Shown here piece by piece: positions 47,901 through 57,600 of a stretch of 64,000 bases of DNA. The DNA comes from Sedimentisphaerales bacterium. GTDB lineage: Bacteria; Planctomycetota; Phycisphaerae; Sedimentisphaerales; Anaerobacaceae. Numbering within the stretch: position 1 is the stretch's first letter; each line of letters starts with the position of its first letter. Under the pieces are notes generated by a model. That model had not been told where the DNA came from. It worked only from the letters and a program-made list of their open reading frames with translations, and did not search any database. Position numbers and translations under genes: made by a program. The DNA lies in contig CAXXXG010000008.1 in the NCBI GenBank assembly GCA_963662565.2, positions 3,614 through 67,613 on the forward strand. The letters are read 5' to 3'.

Positions 47901-48376
47901 AACAGTCTCTGTAGTTGCTTCAAGGCAGATAAACTGCCGACCTGACCTAGATAACCGGCTACCTGAATCCGCGTAGTATCCTGGCCCTCCTCCAGCAAAG
48001 CCAACAAGGCGGATTCGTCTTGACGATCAAACGCAGCTTGAGCCCGTTGTTGTTCATGGGCCAACAGAGTTTCCTGGTCGATGGGCGTGTCTCGTTCCTT
48101 CACAACTTCGGGTTTCGGGATTATTTCCCTTTGCTCATCGCCACTGAGGCGATGGGCGATCATGAGCAGTCCCACGATTAAAACCGCGGCAACGGCCCAT
48201 TTGGTAACCGGGCTTTCCATAATGATTCTCCACAACGGTCGTTGGACGACCGATTTGTCTTTAACGGCTTGGTTGAGTGCAGCTTCGGCCGCAGCGAGAA
48301 TGCGGCGATCCGCATCCTGAGTCGGGGATAAACGCAGGTCCTGAGCCAGCCTTTCAATGTCACGCGGCGTTCTCAT
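44939..48376 (-). CDS. giant single-pass anti-sigma-like protein (HEAT-like repeats, multiple CarboxypepD_reg-like Ig domains, degenerate thioredoxin-fold C-terminus)
   Basis: 4-nt overlap with the upstream ECF sigma gene and a TM helix at about aa 55-75. Repeated '...G.V.D..G.P...A.V' beta-sandwich units. AhpC/TSA-like GQIAPGFDLP...GKFVLVE without CxxC. Confidence 0.6.
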   Translation of the reverse strand: MRTPRDIERLAQDLRLSPTQDADRRILAAAEAALNQAVKDKSVVQRPLWRIIMESPVTKWAVAAVLIVGLLMIAHRLSGDEQREIIPKPEVVKERDTPIDQETLLAHEQQRAQAAFDRQDESALLALLEEGQDTTRIQVAGYLGQVGSLSALKQLQRLLDKESDSAVVEAITSAITRIRKRLMLQEANDLGTQVHSHETNEVTYHDAVHEKEGVLELCLVDRDTGEPVSGCDIQVRSGWPLGDVREVTDKDGKCQLDVSHDQLYSLTVFILKAGYCPLQVTYQIGRGNIEPWPKTHEIQLFKGIDVSGRVIDPNGHPMPDFLVGYSVAEPRIVARHSHGNVSFGWQYLTLETDKQGYWFSQEMLPGASNVSMSSRNSNYIFASGQQTRLDRLMAGEHVLTVWSGLTLTGLVQDELGYPLVDVEVKAWKWRGNYAGGMTEVTTDPNGIFVFKHVHPGDWVVAAFASGFAPDRQLVDVQKDQEPLVLTLGSGQTAAIQVLDQSGSPLEGANIYWTNWIIEERSGISPSRPSMQTDAQGWARVEDLPQGKHFFRVRKGGYVTNDNVLIETRERPYTVILYQSGMLKGTVVDAESGQSIPEFYLYKAEVDQHGDTPSWNTNPLYCVDGQYQVEMNAAGVMVRVEAPGYLPYCSPCVMNDGTELEHSIALVPGELRSLTGTVYLPDGMPAVGAEVIQVTEERSIRLQAGEVFAPLNTKTMTDPNGQFDLPGMQEPNELFITHPLGYYRIDPALVPSLTRIDLEPWACIEVLAPEGESCSRVHLDRTYMTSRDQWVVVDWDMEFDANGVAVFERVSAGAYAVARVEEVDGQRKSMPSQIISVEAGCTETLMLEGNGGEIVLQLLNDAITDHQEAVVVLRTHLDLRTITSIDVMLPENLLCMTAQEKQQWNETFMQSEEGQAYVRRIMPLMMDMKTYTGEVDADGQVLISGVQPGLYDLIIELDLQDRGMYRTVKSGVEITENTDDLGAIELHERLPVREGQIAPGFDLPSHSSKIVTLKDCRGKFVLVESGGPMKEMNYVHSVLPYLKQVHQQYDKDKLEILSLSLWTMSVIDLRPPFDYFIAYHEIPWKVLYVEIERINEMPELLDQYDKKFTLIDPEGHVVMTADTDQAEQLSDLVSQAMAEYEPSSDL

Positions 48377-48921
48377 GGTTGCACCCCTTCCTGCTGCAAA
48401 AGCTGCTGCAATTTGCTGATCGCATATCGATAACGGCTCAAGGCCGTCTTACCGGATACCTGTTGCAGTGTCCCGATCTGGCGAAAGGTCATGTCCGCCT
48501 GGGCGTGTAGCACAAAGGCCTCACGCTGCTCTTGGGGCAGTTGAGCCAATACCCGTATCAAGGCCTGGCCTTCTTCACTGAGTTGCAAAGCCTGCTCCGG
48601 ATTGCCATGATTCGCAGCCAAGGACAAATCCTCGACCGAGCAACCCGCTTGACGAACCGAGCGTCGCAACTGGTCACGAGCTCGGTTGATAACGGCTGTA
48701 ACCAGGTAACCCTTGAGGTTGCCCCGGATGGTGAGTGTCCCGGCCTTACGCGCCAAGTGTACAAACACATCCTGTAGACAATCCTCAGCCAGAACCCCAT
48801 CACCCAACACCGACACGGCCATGGTATAGAGGTCCGTGCGATACTGGGTGTAGATCCGGCGCAAGGCTTCCGGACAACCCCGGTTCAACTGCTGAATCAA
48901 TTTTCGATCGTTACACTGCAA
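48373..48921 (-). CDS. ECF-type RNA polymerase sigma factor
   Basis: Region 2 (DCLQDVFVHL...NLKGYLVTAVINRARD) and region 4 (EAFVLHAQADMTFRQIGTLQQVSGKTALSRYRYAISKL). Confidence 0.88.
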   Translation of the reverse strand: MQCNDRKLIQQLNRGCPEALRRIYTQYRTDLYTMAVSVLGDGVLAEDCLQDVFVHLARKAGTLTIRGNLKGYLVTAVINRARDQLRRSVRQAGCSVEDLSLAANHGNPEQALQLSEEGQALIRVLAQLPQEQREAFVLHAQADMTFRQIGTLQQVSGKTALSRYRYAISKLQQLLQQEGVQP

Positions 48922-49017
48922 TTCTGGTCCTGCATCTCTGGATTAAACGTTCAACCGCTCATAGACGAAGGGAGAATCGAAATGACTCTAACGAATTTCG
49001 GTGAAAAGAGAAATTTT

Positions 49018-49566
49018 TTATGGAAGCTGGTAGATGGTAAACCCCGCTTCTGTAGGGTGATCCGAGACCCATAGGTGGGCAGCGAAGCGGCGTAACTCGT
49101 ATAGCATCAGTAAGTCGGCAATACTGCCCACGACCGTAAAGGTCGTGAGCATGACCATCATATCCGAAGGGTACAATAGGAATAAGACCACAGCCACAGG
49201 CGTCATGAGAACAACCGGAGCAGCAGCAACCAGGCGTGTGACCTTGACCGTCATATCAACCTTGATGTGACAAACGGCCGCCAACATCTTCCAATTGACC
49301 TTGAAACAGATGTCGCGCCAGGCAATCTTGCCCACGACCATGGCAGTCGCCGCATGTAGACACTCGTGCACAAAGGCCAGGGGAAAGATCAACACGAGTC
49401 CCAACAGAATGCTTCGATCAGAAGGACCCGGTCTAAAGCCGAGGACCAAGGCCAATCCAAAGATCCCCGAAGCCAAAATCACGCACAAAGCCCCTGCCCA
49501 TCCCCACACCCTGCGTTTATCCAAACAAACGCGGGCCACCTCAACTCTATCTCCAGGACTCTCCAT
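49018..49566 (-). CDS. DUF3267-like membrane zincin (HExxH)
   Basis: Four TM helices with HECLHAA after TM1. Confidence 0.5.
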   Translation of the reverse strand: MESPGDRVEVARVCLDKRRVWGWAGALCVILASGIFGLALVLGFRPGPSDRSILLGLVLIFPLAFVHECLHAATAMVVGKIAWRDICFKVNWKMLAAVCHIKVDMTVKVTRLVAAAPVVLMTPVAVVLFLLYPSDMMVMLTTFTVVGSIADLLMLYELRRFAAHLWVSDHPTEAGFTIYQLP

Positions 49567-49575
49567 GATGACGTG

Positions 49576-50679
49576 TCACTCCCCCCACTTGGCCTTCCAG
49601 GCCGGATAGTCGCGTTCCAGTAGCTCCTGGGCGTAACTGCCCAGGTAGGAATAGCCGTTACGACGTTCATCACTTAAATCGCTAAAATCATCGCGGGGAA
49701 TACCGTCACGATTGATGAACATGGGTTTATTCGTACCGATTTCAACAAAACGGGCCCAGAGGGGACCGGCGTTGGGATCGTCATTTAACATCCGATCAAA
49801 ACCACGTTCGGTATTTGGATCTGGCCGCCATGTCAGTCGCTTACCCGTAATCTTGGTGGACTCGAACCAGGCACAGGCAGACTCGATGGCCTGTTTGACC
49901 TCGGGAGAGGGATCCTCCAAGGCCATCAGATAGCGAACAATTCCCACACTCTCCTGACCACTGAGTGACACCAATTCATAGCTGCGGGCTTTGGCGGGTT
50001 CCAGGGTAACCTCATCATGCTGGGCGCACCAAACCGTTAGCTGCCCATCGACACGTACCTGGGTCTTGAGAATGATGTCCAAACCTCGTACGATGGCATC
50101 CTGACATTGAATTCGGCGTGACTCATCCACAAAATCAACCTCATCATTCTGCTCGGCAATGTCCCTCAACAGGACCATTACCCGGATCATGGCATTGTCG
50201 TTGTAGGTGATATGTTGGTAATAGCCCGGACGCAGGGGATAGAACTGAGGCCAGCCCCCATTGGGATACTGGGCCTCCAGCAGATAATCCAGCCCCTTGA
50301 GAAAGGCCTCTTTATAGCGATCATACCCAGTCGCCTGGTAGACCCGTGCCAAATAAACCATCTGCGTCGTGGTCGCTCCATTATCGATCGTGGCTCGAGC
50401 AAGGGACTGTTCTTGACGCAGTTTATCTTTCTCGTCTTCACTCAAGGGTTTGGCCATATCGATGTTTTTGTCCCAACCGCCAATATCGTGCTGATAGAGC
50501 AGGACGTTGTCGGCCACCTCGATGGCCTGATCACTGGCATACCAGGCGGCCGATTGATGCAGGCAAGCCCGCCAACGAATAGAGGGGCGTGAGGCACTAG
50601 CATCATTGTCAACGGATGTGCATGATAGCGAGGTTGTCATCCCAAATATCAGGACTATCAAAGCTGCTGATCGTTGCAT
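49576..50679 (-). CDS. pectate lyase, PelA/Pel-15E (PL10) family
   Basis: Signal peptide. LLYQHDIGGWDKNIDM, TIDNGATTTQMVYLARVY and YPNGGWPQFYP are characteristic of PL10. Confidence 0.7.
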   Translation of the reverse strand: MQRSAALIVLIFGMTTSLSCTSVDNDASASRPSIRWRACLHQSAAWYASDQAIEVADNVLLYQHDIGGWDKNIDMAKPLSEDEKDKLRQEQSLARATIDNGATTTQMVYLARVYQATGYDRYKEAFLKGLDYLLEAQYPNGGWPQFYPLRPGYYQHITYNDNAMIRVMVLLRDIAEQNDEVDFVDESRRIQCQDAIVRGLDIILKTQVRVDGQLTVWCAQHDEVTLEPAKARSYELVSLSGQESVGIVRYLMALEDPSPEVKQAIESACAWFESTKITGKRLTWRPDPNTERGFDRMLNDDPNAGPLWARFVEIGTNKPMFINRDGIPRDDFSDLSDERRNGYSYLGSYAQELLERDYPAWKAKWGE

Positions 50680-50817
50680 GAGAACTCCTTGGTTTTTGAC
50701 CTGTTGTTGTCTCTATGCTATCTAAACGTCCAAATTGAAGCAATACTGTACAAAATCATTCCTGAAGGCCATAATGGCGTTTCATGAATGAATTCAACAG
50801 TATGAAAGGATCTGGCT

Positions 50818-52179
50818 ATGAGTGATGCCATTGCAACCTATATCGATGCCCACAAAGCCCGTTTTGTAGACGAACTCCAGGAATTTCTTCGTTTTCCGTC
50901 CGTCAGTGCCCAACGCAGCCACGATCCCGACTGCCTGGCCTGTGCCCAATGGCTGCAAAAACACTTCGCGGACCTGGGCCTGGACTGCACCCTGGAGGAT
51001 CAAGGCGGCCAGCCCATTGTCGTGGCCCGCAAAAAGGGCAAGAGTGACAAGCGGGTGGTGATCTACGGCCACTACGATGTCCAGCCCGAGGATCCCATCG
51101 ACCAATGGAAGACCCAACCCTTTGAACCGGTCATCAAGGACGAGATCATCTACGCCCGCGGCGCCACTGACGACAAGGGCCAGCTCCTGGCCCACGTCAA
51201 GGCGGTCGAAGCCCTATTGAAAACCGAGGGTGAACTGCCCTGCGAGATCATCTTTATGCTCGAAGGCGAAGAGGAATCCGGCGGCGACGCCCTGGGCCGT
51301 TATGTACGCGGACCCGGCAGTGAACTCAAGCCCGACGCCGTGGTCATCTCCGATGGCGACATGTACGACGAGACCACCCCGGCCATCACCTATGGCCTGC
51401 GTGGCATCATCACCTTCGAGGTCACGGTCAAGGGCCCGGGCTTTGACCTGCACTCGGGCGCCTATGGCGGAGCCGTGGCCAATCCGGCCATGATGCTGGT
51501 CCAGTTGCTCAGTCAGTGCGCCACTCAGGACGGCCATATCAAAATCCCGGGCTTCTACGATGCGGTTCGTCCCATCCCAGACTGGGAGGCCGAGAACATC
51601 CGCTCACTCAATTTCGACGACCAGGTCATCCTGCGCGACACCCAATCCCCGACCCTACACGGTGAGACCGAGTACAACACCCTGGAACGCCTGTGGGCCC
51701 GCCCCACCTTCGAGATCAACGGGATCTACGGGGGCTACCAGGGCCAGCACTCCAAGACCATCATCCCGTCTCAGGCCACCGCCAAAATCAGCGTGCGTCT
51801 GGTGCCGGACCAATCACCCGAACAGATTCGCGACCTGATCTTCGGCTACCTGCGTTCCATCTCCCCGGATAGCGTGACCTTGGAGCTGGAATTCACCGGC
51901 GGCGGACCGCCCGTGGTCTACGATGTCACCACCGACACCATGCAAGCGGCGCAAGCTGCTCTCAAGTCGGGTTTTGACGCCGAGGCCAAGTTTATCCGTA
52001 CCGGTGGTTCGATCCCCGTGGTCAGTACCTTCTCCGACCAGTGGAATTGCCCGGTCATCCTCATGGGCCTGGGCCTCGACAGCGACGGACCGCACAGCCC
52101 CAACGAACACTTCAGCCTCAAGAATTTCTACAAGGGGATCAAGGCATCCGTGGATCTGTTCCGCAGAATGGGATCATGA
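50818..52179 (+). CDS. M20-family dipeptidase
   Basis: IYGHYDVQP, ARGATDDKGQ, EGEEESGG and SPNEH motifs. Confidence 0.85.
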   Translation: MSDAIATYIDAHKARFVDELQEFLRFPSVSAQRSHDPDCLACAQWLQKHFADLGLDCTLEDQGGQPIVVARKKGKSDKRVVIYGHYDVQPEDPIDQWKTQPFEPVIKDEIIYARGATDDKGQLLAHVKAVEALLKTEGELPCEIIFMLEGEEESGGDALGRYVRGPGSELKPDAVVISDGDMYDETTPAITYGLRGIITFEVTVKGPGFDLHSGAYGGAVANPAMMLVQLLSQCATQDGHIKIPGFYDAVRPIPDWEAENIRSLNFDDQVILRDTQSPTLHGETEYNTLERLWARPTFEINGIYGGYQGQHSKTIIPSQATAKISVRLVPDQSPEQIRDLIFGYLRSISPDSVTLELEFTGGGPPVVYDVTTDTMQAAQAALKSGFDAEAKFIRTGGSIPVVSTFSDQWNCPVILMGLGLDSDGPHSPNEHFSLKNFYKGIKASVDLFRRMGS

Positions 52180-52210
52180 TCGATGTTGGCACACAGAGTG
52201 CGAAATAACG

Positions 52211-52290
52211 GGTGCCATGCTTATGCTTGCATAAGCATGTTATTATGGTTGATTCGCTACTCATGCTTACGTAAACGTAAGCATGCCACC
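52211..52290. repeat. two inverted copies of a ~29-nt hairpin element with compensatory substitutions
   Basis: Copy A is GGTGC-CATGCTTATGC-tt-GCATAAGCATG (52211-52239). The reverse complement of 52262-52290 is GGTGG-CATGCTTACGT-tt-ACGTAAGCATG. The differences T/C+A/G and C/T+G/A keep the pairing. Confidence 0.7.
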
Positions 52291-52329
52291 CAAGAAATAT
52301 ATACCGAATAATTTGGGAAGCGAAGGGAT

Positions 52330-53109
52330 ATGCTAGGCGCCATTGCCGGTGACATCATAGGCTCGGTATACGAAAACCTGCACACCAAACGCAAGGATTT
52401 TAGGCTTTTTACACCGGTCTCTAAGTTCACCGACGATACGGTCCTGACCGTAGCCGTCGCCGACGCCCTGATGAATGACCGCGACTATAGCAAGGCCATC
52501 AAGACCTACGCCCGTAAACATCCCTTGCGGGGCTACGGTCCTCGCTTTCTCAAGTGGATGGCCTTGCCAGGCAGCAAGCCGTACAACAGCCTGGGCAATG
52601 GCTCGGCCATGCGTGTCAGTCCCGTGGCCTGGGCCTGTCAATCCGAAGAAGAGGTCCTGCTGGAAGCCGAGCGTTCCGCCGCCTGCACCCACAACCACAC
52701 CGAAGGGATCAAAGGCGCTCAAGCCGTAGCCCTGGCCATCTGGCTAGCTCGCCATACTCAAGATAAAGAACTCATTCGCTGCAATGTGGCCGAACGTTTC
52801 GGTTACGATCTCAGTGACACTATCGATCACATCCGACCCAACTACAAACCCGACATCACCTGCCCTGGCTCGGTCCCCCAGGCCATCATCGCCTTTTTGG
52901 ACAGCACCGACTTCGAAGACGCCATACGCAACGCCGTCAGTCTAGGCGGCGACGCCGACACCCAAGCCTGCATCGCCGGATCCATTGCCGAGGCCTTTTA
53001 TGGCGAGATTCCAGAAGAGATCCTGCAAAAGATCCAGAAGAAACTCTCACCAGACCTATGGGAAACGACGCAGAGATTTTGTCAACGCTATGACATCCGA
53101 TCCTCATAG
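52330..53109 (+). CDS. ADP-ribosylglycohydrolase-family protein
   Basis: GAIAGDIIGS, NGSAMRVSP and GGDADTQACIAGSIAEAFYG. Confidence 0.85.
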   Translation: MLGAIAGDIIGSVYENLHTKRKDFRLFTPVSKFTDDTVLTVAVADALMNDRDYSKAIKTYARKHPLRGYGPRFLKWMALPGSKPYNSLGNGSAMRVSPVAWACQSEEEVLLEAERSAACTHNHTEGIKGAQAVALAIWLARHTQDKELIRCNVAERFGYDLSDTIDHIRPNYKPDITCPGSVPQAIIAFLDSTDFEDAIRNAVSLGGDADTQACIAGSIAEAFYGEIPEEILQKIQKKLSPDLWETTQRFCQRYDIRSS

Positions 53110-53115
53110 ATAGCT

Positions 53116-54366
53116 CTAAACCCATAACTGCGAGATGGGCACGGCAAAGAGCTTGTCACCAAAGCCTGCCACCGATTGGCCATCATAAAGAACGACACCT
53201 GAGGCAAAGTGGTTTGGTCTAACATCTCTTAACTTGCGTAGGCCCTTAAAGTCCTCAGCAGTCACGGTTGACGCGGCTTTGACCTCCACGCCTGCGAACC
53301 GTCCTTCCGATTCCAACACAACATCCACTTCGACCTGATCCTTGTCACGAAAATGACTGAAGGTCATCGCTTCTTCCTGCCAACTGGCTAGCCTCCGCAA
53401 CTCTTGATAGACATACGTTTCCAGCAACCTGCCAAACAGTGGACGATCCGCCCACAGAGCATCTCCACTCAATCCCAACAGCGAACAGGCAAGTCCGGTA
53501 TCGCCCATATGCAGCTTGGGCGTCTTGACCAATCGCTTCATCCGGTTGCTGTGCCAGGCAGGCAATTCATCCAACAAAAAGATCCGAGACAATAGGGTTA
53601 GGTATTCACGAATCGTCTGACGACTGATTTGAAACGGGCCCGACATTTCGGAGACATTCACCAAACGCGCCGTTTGCCCCGCAGCCATGACCAGCAGTCG
53701 CGGCAACGCATCCAAGGCATTGATACGCGCCAAATCACGAATATCTCGTTGAATCAGGGTGTCGGCATAATCGCGATACCAAGTGGCACGGCGACGGGCA
53801 TTGGTACGTGCCAAAGCTGCGGGAAAGCCACCTGCAACCACCTGTTCGGCCAGGGCTTTTCCGAGGCGAAACCCCGATGGCCCGGCTTTAAAGTCCGAGG
53901 CAAAGAGGCTGGAAAGAAAACCACTCCGTTTCCCACCCACCTCTGCCCTTGACAACGGATGCAACCGCAGAATATCCATCCGTCCTGCCAGTGAATCCGC
54001 CAGTTTGGGCACCAATAATACGTTGGCCGATCCGTTCAGGATAAAACGTCCAGGCTTACGACAGGAATCCACCGCCACCTTGAGCGAAGTGAACAGCTCT
54101 GGAACCCGCTGCACCTCGTCCAGCACCGCCCGCTCCGGCAGATCGGCTACATAGCCAACGGGATCGGCCTGGGCTGCCGCCCGCTGAACATCATCATCAA
54201 ACGTGAAATAGGTAAACCCCGCCGCATCACCAACCCATCGAGCTAGCGTGGTTTTTCCACACTGCCTCGGCCCGTGGAGCAATACCACCGGCGAATCCGC
54301 CAGGGCCTCCGTGATGCGCGGCTGCAAAAAACGCGGATACATCGTCTCTTCACTCATACCCAACAC
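53116..54366 (-). CDS. COG1373-type AAA+ ATPase with DUF4143 domain
   Basis: LLHGPRQCGKTTLARW Walker A, LDEVQ Walker B and the C-terminal restriction-endonuclease-like DUF4143 pattern. Confidence 0.75.
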   Translation of the reverse strand: MLGMSEETMYPRFLQPRITEALADSPVVLLHGPRQCGKTTLARWVGDAAGFTYFTFDDDVQRAAAQADPVGYVADLPERAVLDEVQRVPELFTSLKVAVDSCRKPGRFILNGSANVLLVPKLADSLAGRMDILRLHPLSRAEVGGKRSGFLSSLFASDFKAGPSGFRLGKALAEQVVAGGFPAALARTNARRRATWYRDYADTLIQRDIRDLARINALDALPRLLVMAAGQTARLVNVSEMSGPFQISRQTIREYLTLLSRIFLLDELPAWHSNRMKRLVKTPKLHMGDTGLACSLLGLSGDALWADRPLFGRLLETYVYQELRRLASWQEEAMTFSHFRDKDQVEVDVVLESEGRFAGVEVKAASTVTAEDFKGLRKLRDVRPNHFASGVVLYDGQSVAGFGDKLFAVPISQLWV

Positions 54367-54381
54367 CTGTACAAGATAGAT

Positions 54382-54437
54382 CGTCTATTTGCAAGATAAT
54401 TACCGTCTAATTGTCATTTAGAGAGCGTCTGATTGTC
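54382..54437. repeat. three direct CGTCTnaTTGyC repeats at exact 22-bp spacing
   Basis: CGTCTATTTGC (54382), CGTCTAATTGTC (54404), CGTCTGATTGTC (54426). They start 16 bp upstream of the ATPase gene start (54366). Confidence 0.65.
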
Positions 54438-54585
54438 GATATAACAAAATAAGACCAGGGCACTATATACTATCCACCAAGGCTTCACCTGTGGACACAG
54501 AATGGATAACTACTTATCTAACATAACTTTGCAACAGACAAAACAAACTTTCTCATGTATGATGAGGATTATTTCCTAACTTTTT

Positions 54586-54611
54586 GAAACACTGACCCGC
54601 TGACTGTGTCT
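54586..54611 (+). promoter_or_regulatory. candidate ECF-type promoter
   Basis: GAAAC (54586-54590), 16 nt spacer, TGTCT (54607-54611), about 40 nt upstream of the sigma-fusion gene. Only a loose match to GGAAC-N16/17-CGTC. Confidence 0.25.
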
Positions 54612-54649
54612 GGAATGTCAAATGAAGGCAGCCCATAGGAGAAACCACC

Positions 54650-57600
54650 ATGGCCCATGACAGTCAGCTCGTGCAAGCCTGTATGCAAGGCGACAGCAGT
54701 GCATTTGAAATCCTGGTGCGAAAATACCAATCCCTGATCTGCGGGATTACCTTCAGCGGCACCAATAACATCGATCACAGCGAAGAACTGGCCCAGGAGA
54801 CCTTTCTCAAGGCCTGGAAAAACCTGGCATCTCTCAAAGACGTCGATCGGTTCCGCCCCTGGCTCTGCACCATCGCCCGCAACCTGGTACGGAATTATCA
54901 CAGACAGAACAAACGCGGGACTCCATCAACGCTGAACCCGAACGCTTGCCTATCGGACAACGATCCCTCTGAGCTCGCCAGCACTCAAGATGATATCAAG
55001 CTATTGGAACGTGCCCTGCAAGCAGTTCCTCCAGAATACCGAGAACCACTGGTACTATTCTACCGCTGTGAACAATCCATTCAGCAGGTAAGCCAGAACC
55101 TCGACCTCAAGGAGGCCACCGTTCGCACCCGCCTGCATCGCGGACGACAGATGCTTAAGGAACAAACCGCTGCCCTCGTCGAACAAACCCTGGCCCGAAC
55201 CAACCCCAAAGACACCTTCACCAAGGCCGTCATGGCCGGGATTGGTACTGGCCTGGCCGCCGGAACCATGGCTGTCCTGGGCACGGCCAGTGCCGCTGCT
55301 AGCTTGGTACAAACCAGCACGGCCGGTAGTTCGCTCATTGCCACGATCACGGGTTTCATGACAACCTTGACGGGCAAAATCGCCTTGACCGCCGCCACCC
55401 TCACCCTGGCGGTCGGTCTGGTGGTGCATTCGCAAAACAACATCCCCCAAACGCAGCCGACCGACCTGATCCCAGAAGTGGCCTCGGCCCCAACGTCAGT
55501 CAATGGCATCAACGAACCTCAGGACGTCAGCCGTCTTTCCCCCACACAGGGCATGGACGCAACCTCCCCTACCGAACGCAATCCCATTGCCACCATCCCG
55601 CCAACAACCCAAGACAATCAAAAACAGACGCCGAGGTCCACTCGCCATCCGGACTGGCCCTTACTCAATGAGCCTCTGCGATATTGTTCAATGGAAATAC
55701 CACAGCAAAACATAGGCAATTGGATTCATCTACCCCGTCGGATTCGCAAAGAAGATCCGACCTCCATTACCATCGACAACGGTCTCGATCAAATGAAGAT
55801 CAATAAAATGGATCGGAGCGTACAGCATTCCGAGTCACCCTATCTTCACGACAAACGCGCCATCGCAAGCGAAGATTTGATTCAATATCTCTTCCTCTTC
55901 GGACGCAGCAATGATCCTTCCATTGATCCTAATTGTTTCGAAGACGAAAATTTGTCTGTCGAGCAAATCGCTCAAGAAGACAATGGAGCACTCCTGATCT
56001 TCAAGATCACCACGCCCCAACTCGAAGGTTACGTTAAAACCCTGGTCGATGCAGTGACTCGTTTGCCCGAAAAAATGGAAGTTCATTACAACGATCCCAA
56101 TTCGAGCACCCAAACAATTAGTGTCCAAGAAATCCTATTCGATTTTTCCATCATTCCAGAATACATGTTCCAAATGAATGCCCCCAACGGCTATACCGTT
56201 CTTCCCCGTAAACAGCCGCCCTGCTTCCGAGGCGAGGTCATTGATGAGCTGGGCAATCAGGTTGCCGGAGCCGAGGTATTTGCCTACTATTTCCCCCTGT
56301 ACGACAAAGAGTATCTCACCAGTAAAACAGACGAAAAAGGGCATTTTGAAATACCCATCCCCAGTTCCCCGGGTGGCGGCTCCGTGCATTTGCCGGTTTG
56401 CTTCTGGGCCACGATCCCGCATGAACCAGATTATATGGCTTGGACCGTTCTCCATACAAACCATGATTACAATTTTGAGGACATGAATGATTTGATTTCC
56501 GGTTACGGAGGGGACATCATCCAATCGGAGAACAAATGGGGTACGATGACCAGTACCCGCAATGGCATCTCACGAGAAATCCAGGTCCTCAATACTTATC
56601 AACACAAACCAGTTATCAGTAATATCAGCCTGGTGATGCAACAAGCGGGCATCATCGCCGGTCATGTCACGAATGAACAAGGGGACCCCATTGACAAGGC
56701 GACTTTGACAACAACCTTTAGCATTGTAGATCCCAACGAAAACTCGGTTTCATTGGAATCCTGGAGTAAACATTGGAACCCCAAGGGAGTCACCAACGAA
56801 TCAGGGTATTACGAAATCAACCAACTTCCTGCTCTATGGAAGGGATGTGAGTACACGCTCGACATATCGGCAGTTGGATACGTGGCAGAAAGAAAACAGT
56901 TCAAAATTGATGAGCCACTCAAATATCATGAATTTAATATTTCTATGAAGCCTCAGCAGGTCACGATCCGTGGAGTATTAAAGGACAATTTAGGAGTCCC
57001 TTTGGCCGGACGCTCCATTTCACTTTCCGTACCGAATATGCGGGTAAACGATTGCCACACTCAAACCGACACCAATGGCGTCTTTGTACTCGAAGGATGC
57101 CCGGACGTGCCCGGTTTAGAACTGATCTCACATTTGAGCACAGGCTTCCCATATAATTTCCACGAATTAACCAAAAAGGAATTGCTCGCCTATAAGTATT
57201 ATCCGGACGTCACTCAATCCATCAACTACCAGGCAGGTCAGCGAGAGTATGTTGTCGAATTGACTGCCATCCGTCCAGAGATGAAGGTGAAGGTACTTGT
57301 AACCGACACTTTTGGCCAAGCCCTGCCAAATTTCAAGGTCTGTTTAGATGGCACACTGGCACCCAATCAATTCGGAGCAGGGAACTCAGCTACGCGTTTC
57401 TGGGGTGCAGGAAAATTAAAGGGACGAACAAATGAAGAGGGTGAAATCTTATTCGACAACATCCCAGATATAACCGAGATGAAAATAATCATCGATCCTC
57501 AAAAAGATATAGAGTGGGAAACCAGTTGGCTAATGGGCAAAGAGCGAGAACAAGAGCGAAAATACCTAGATACGTTTGACAAGCAATACACCAACCTCTA

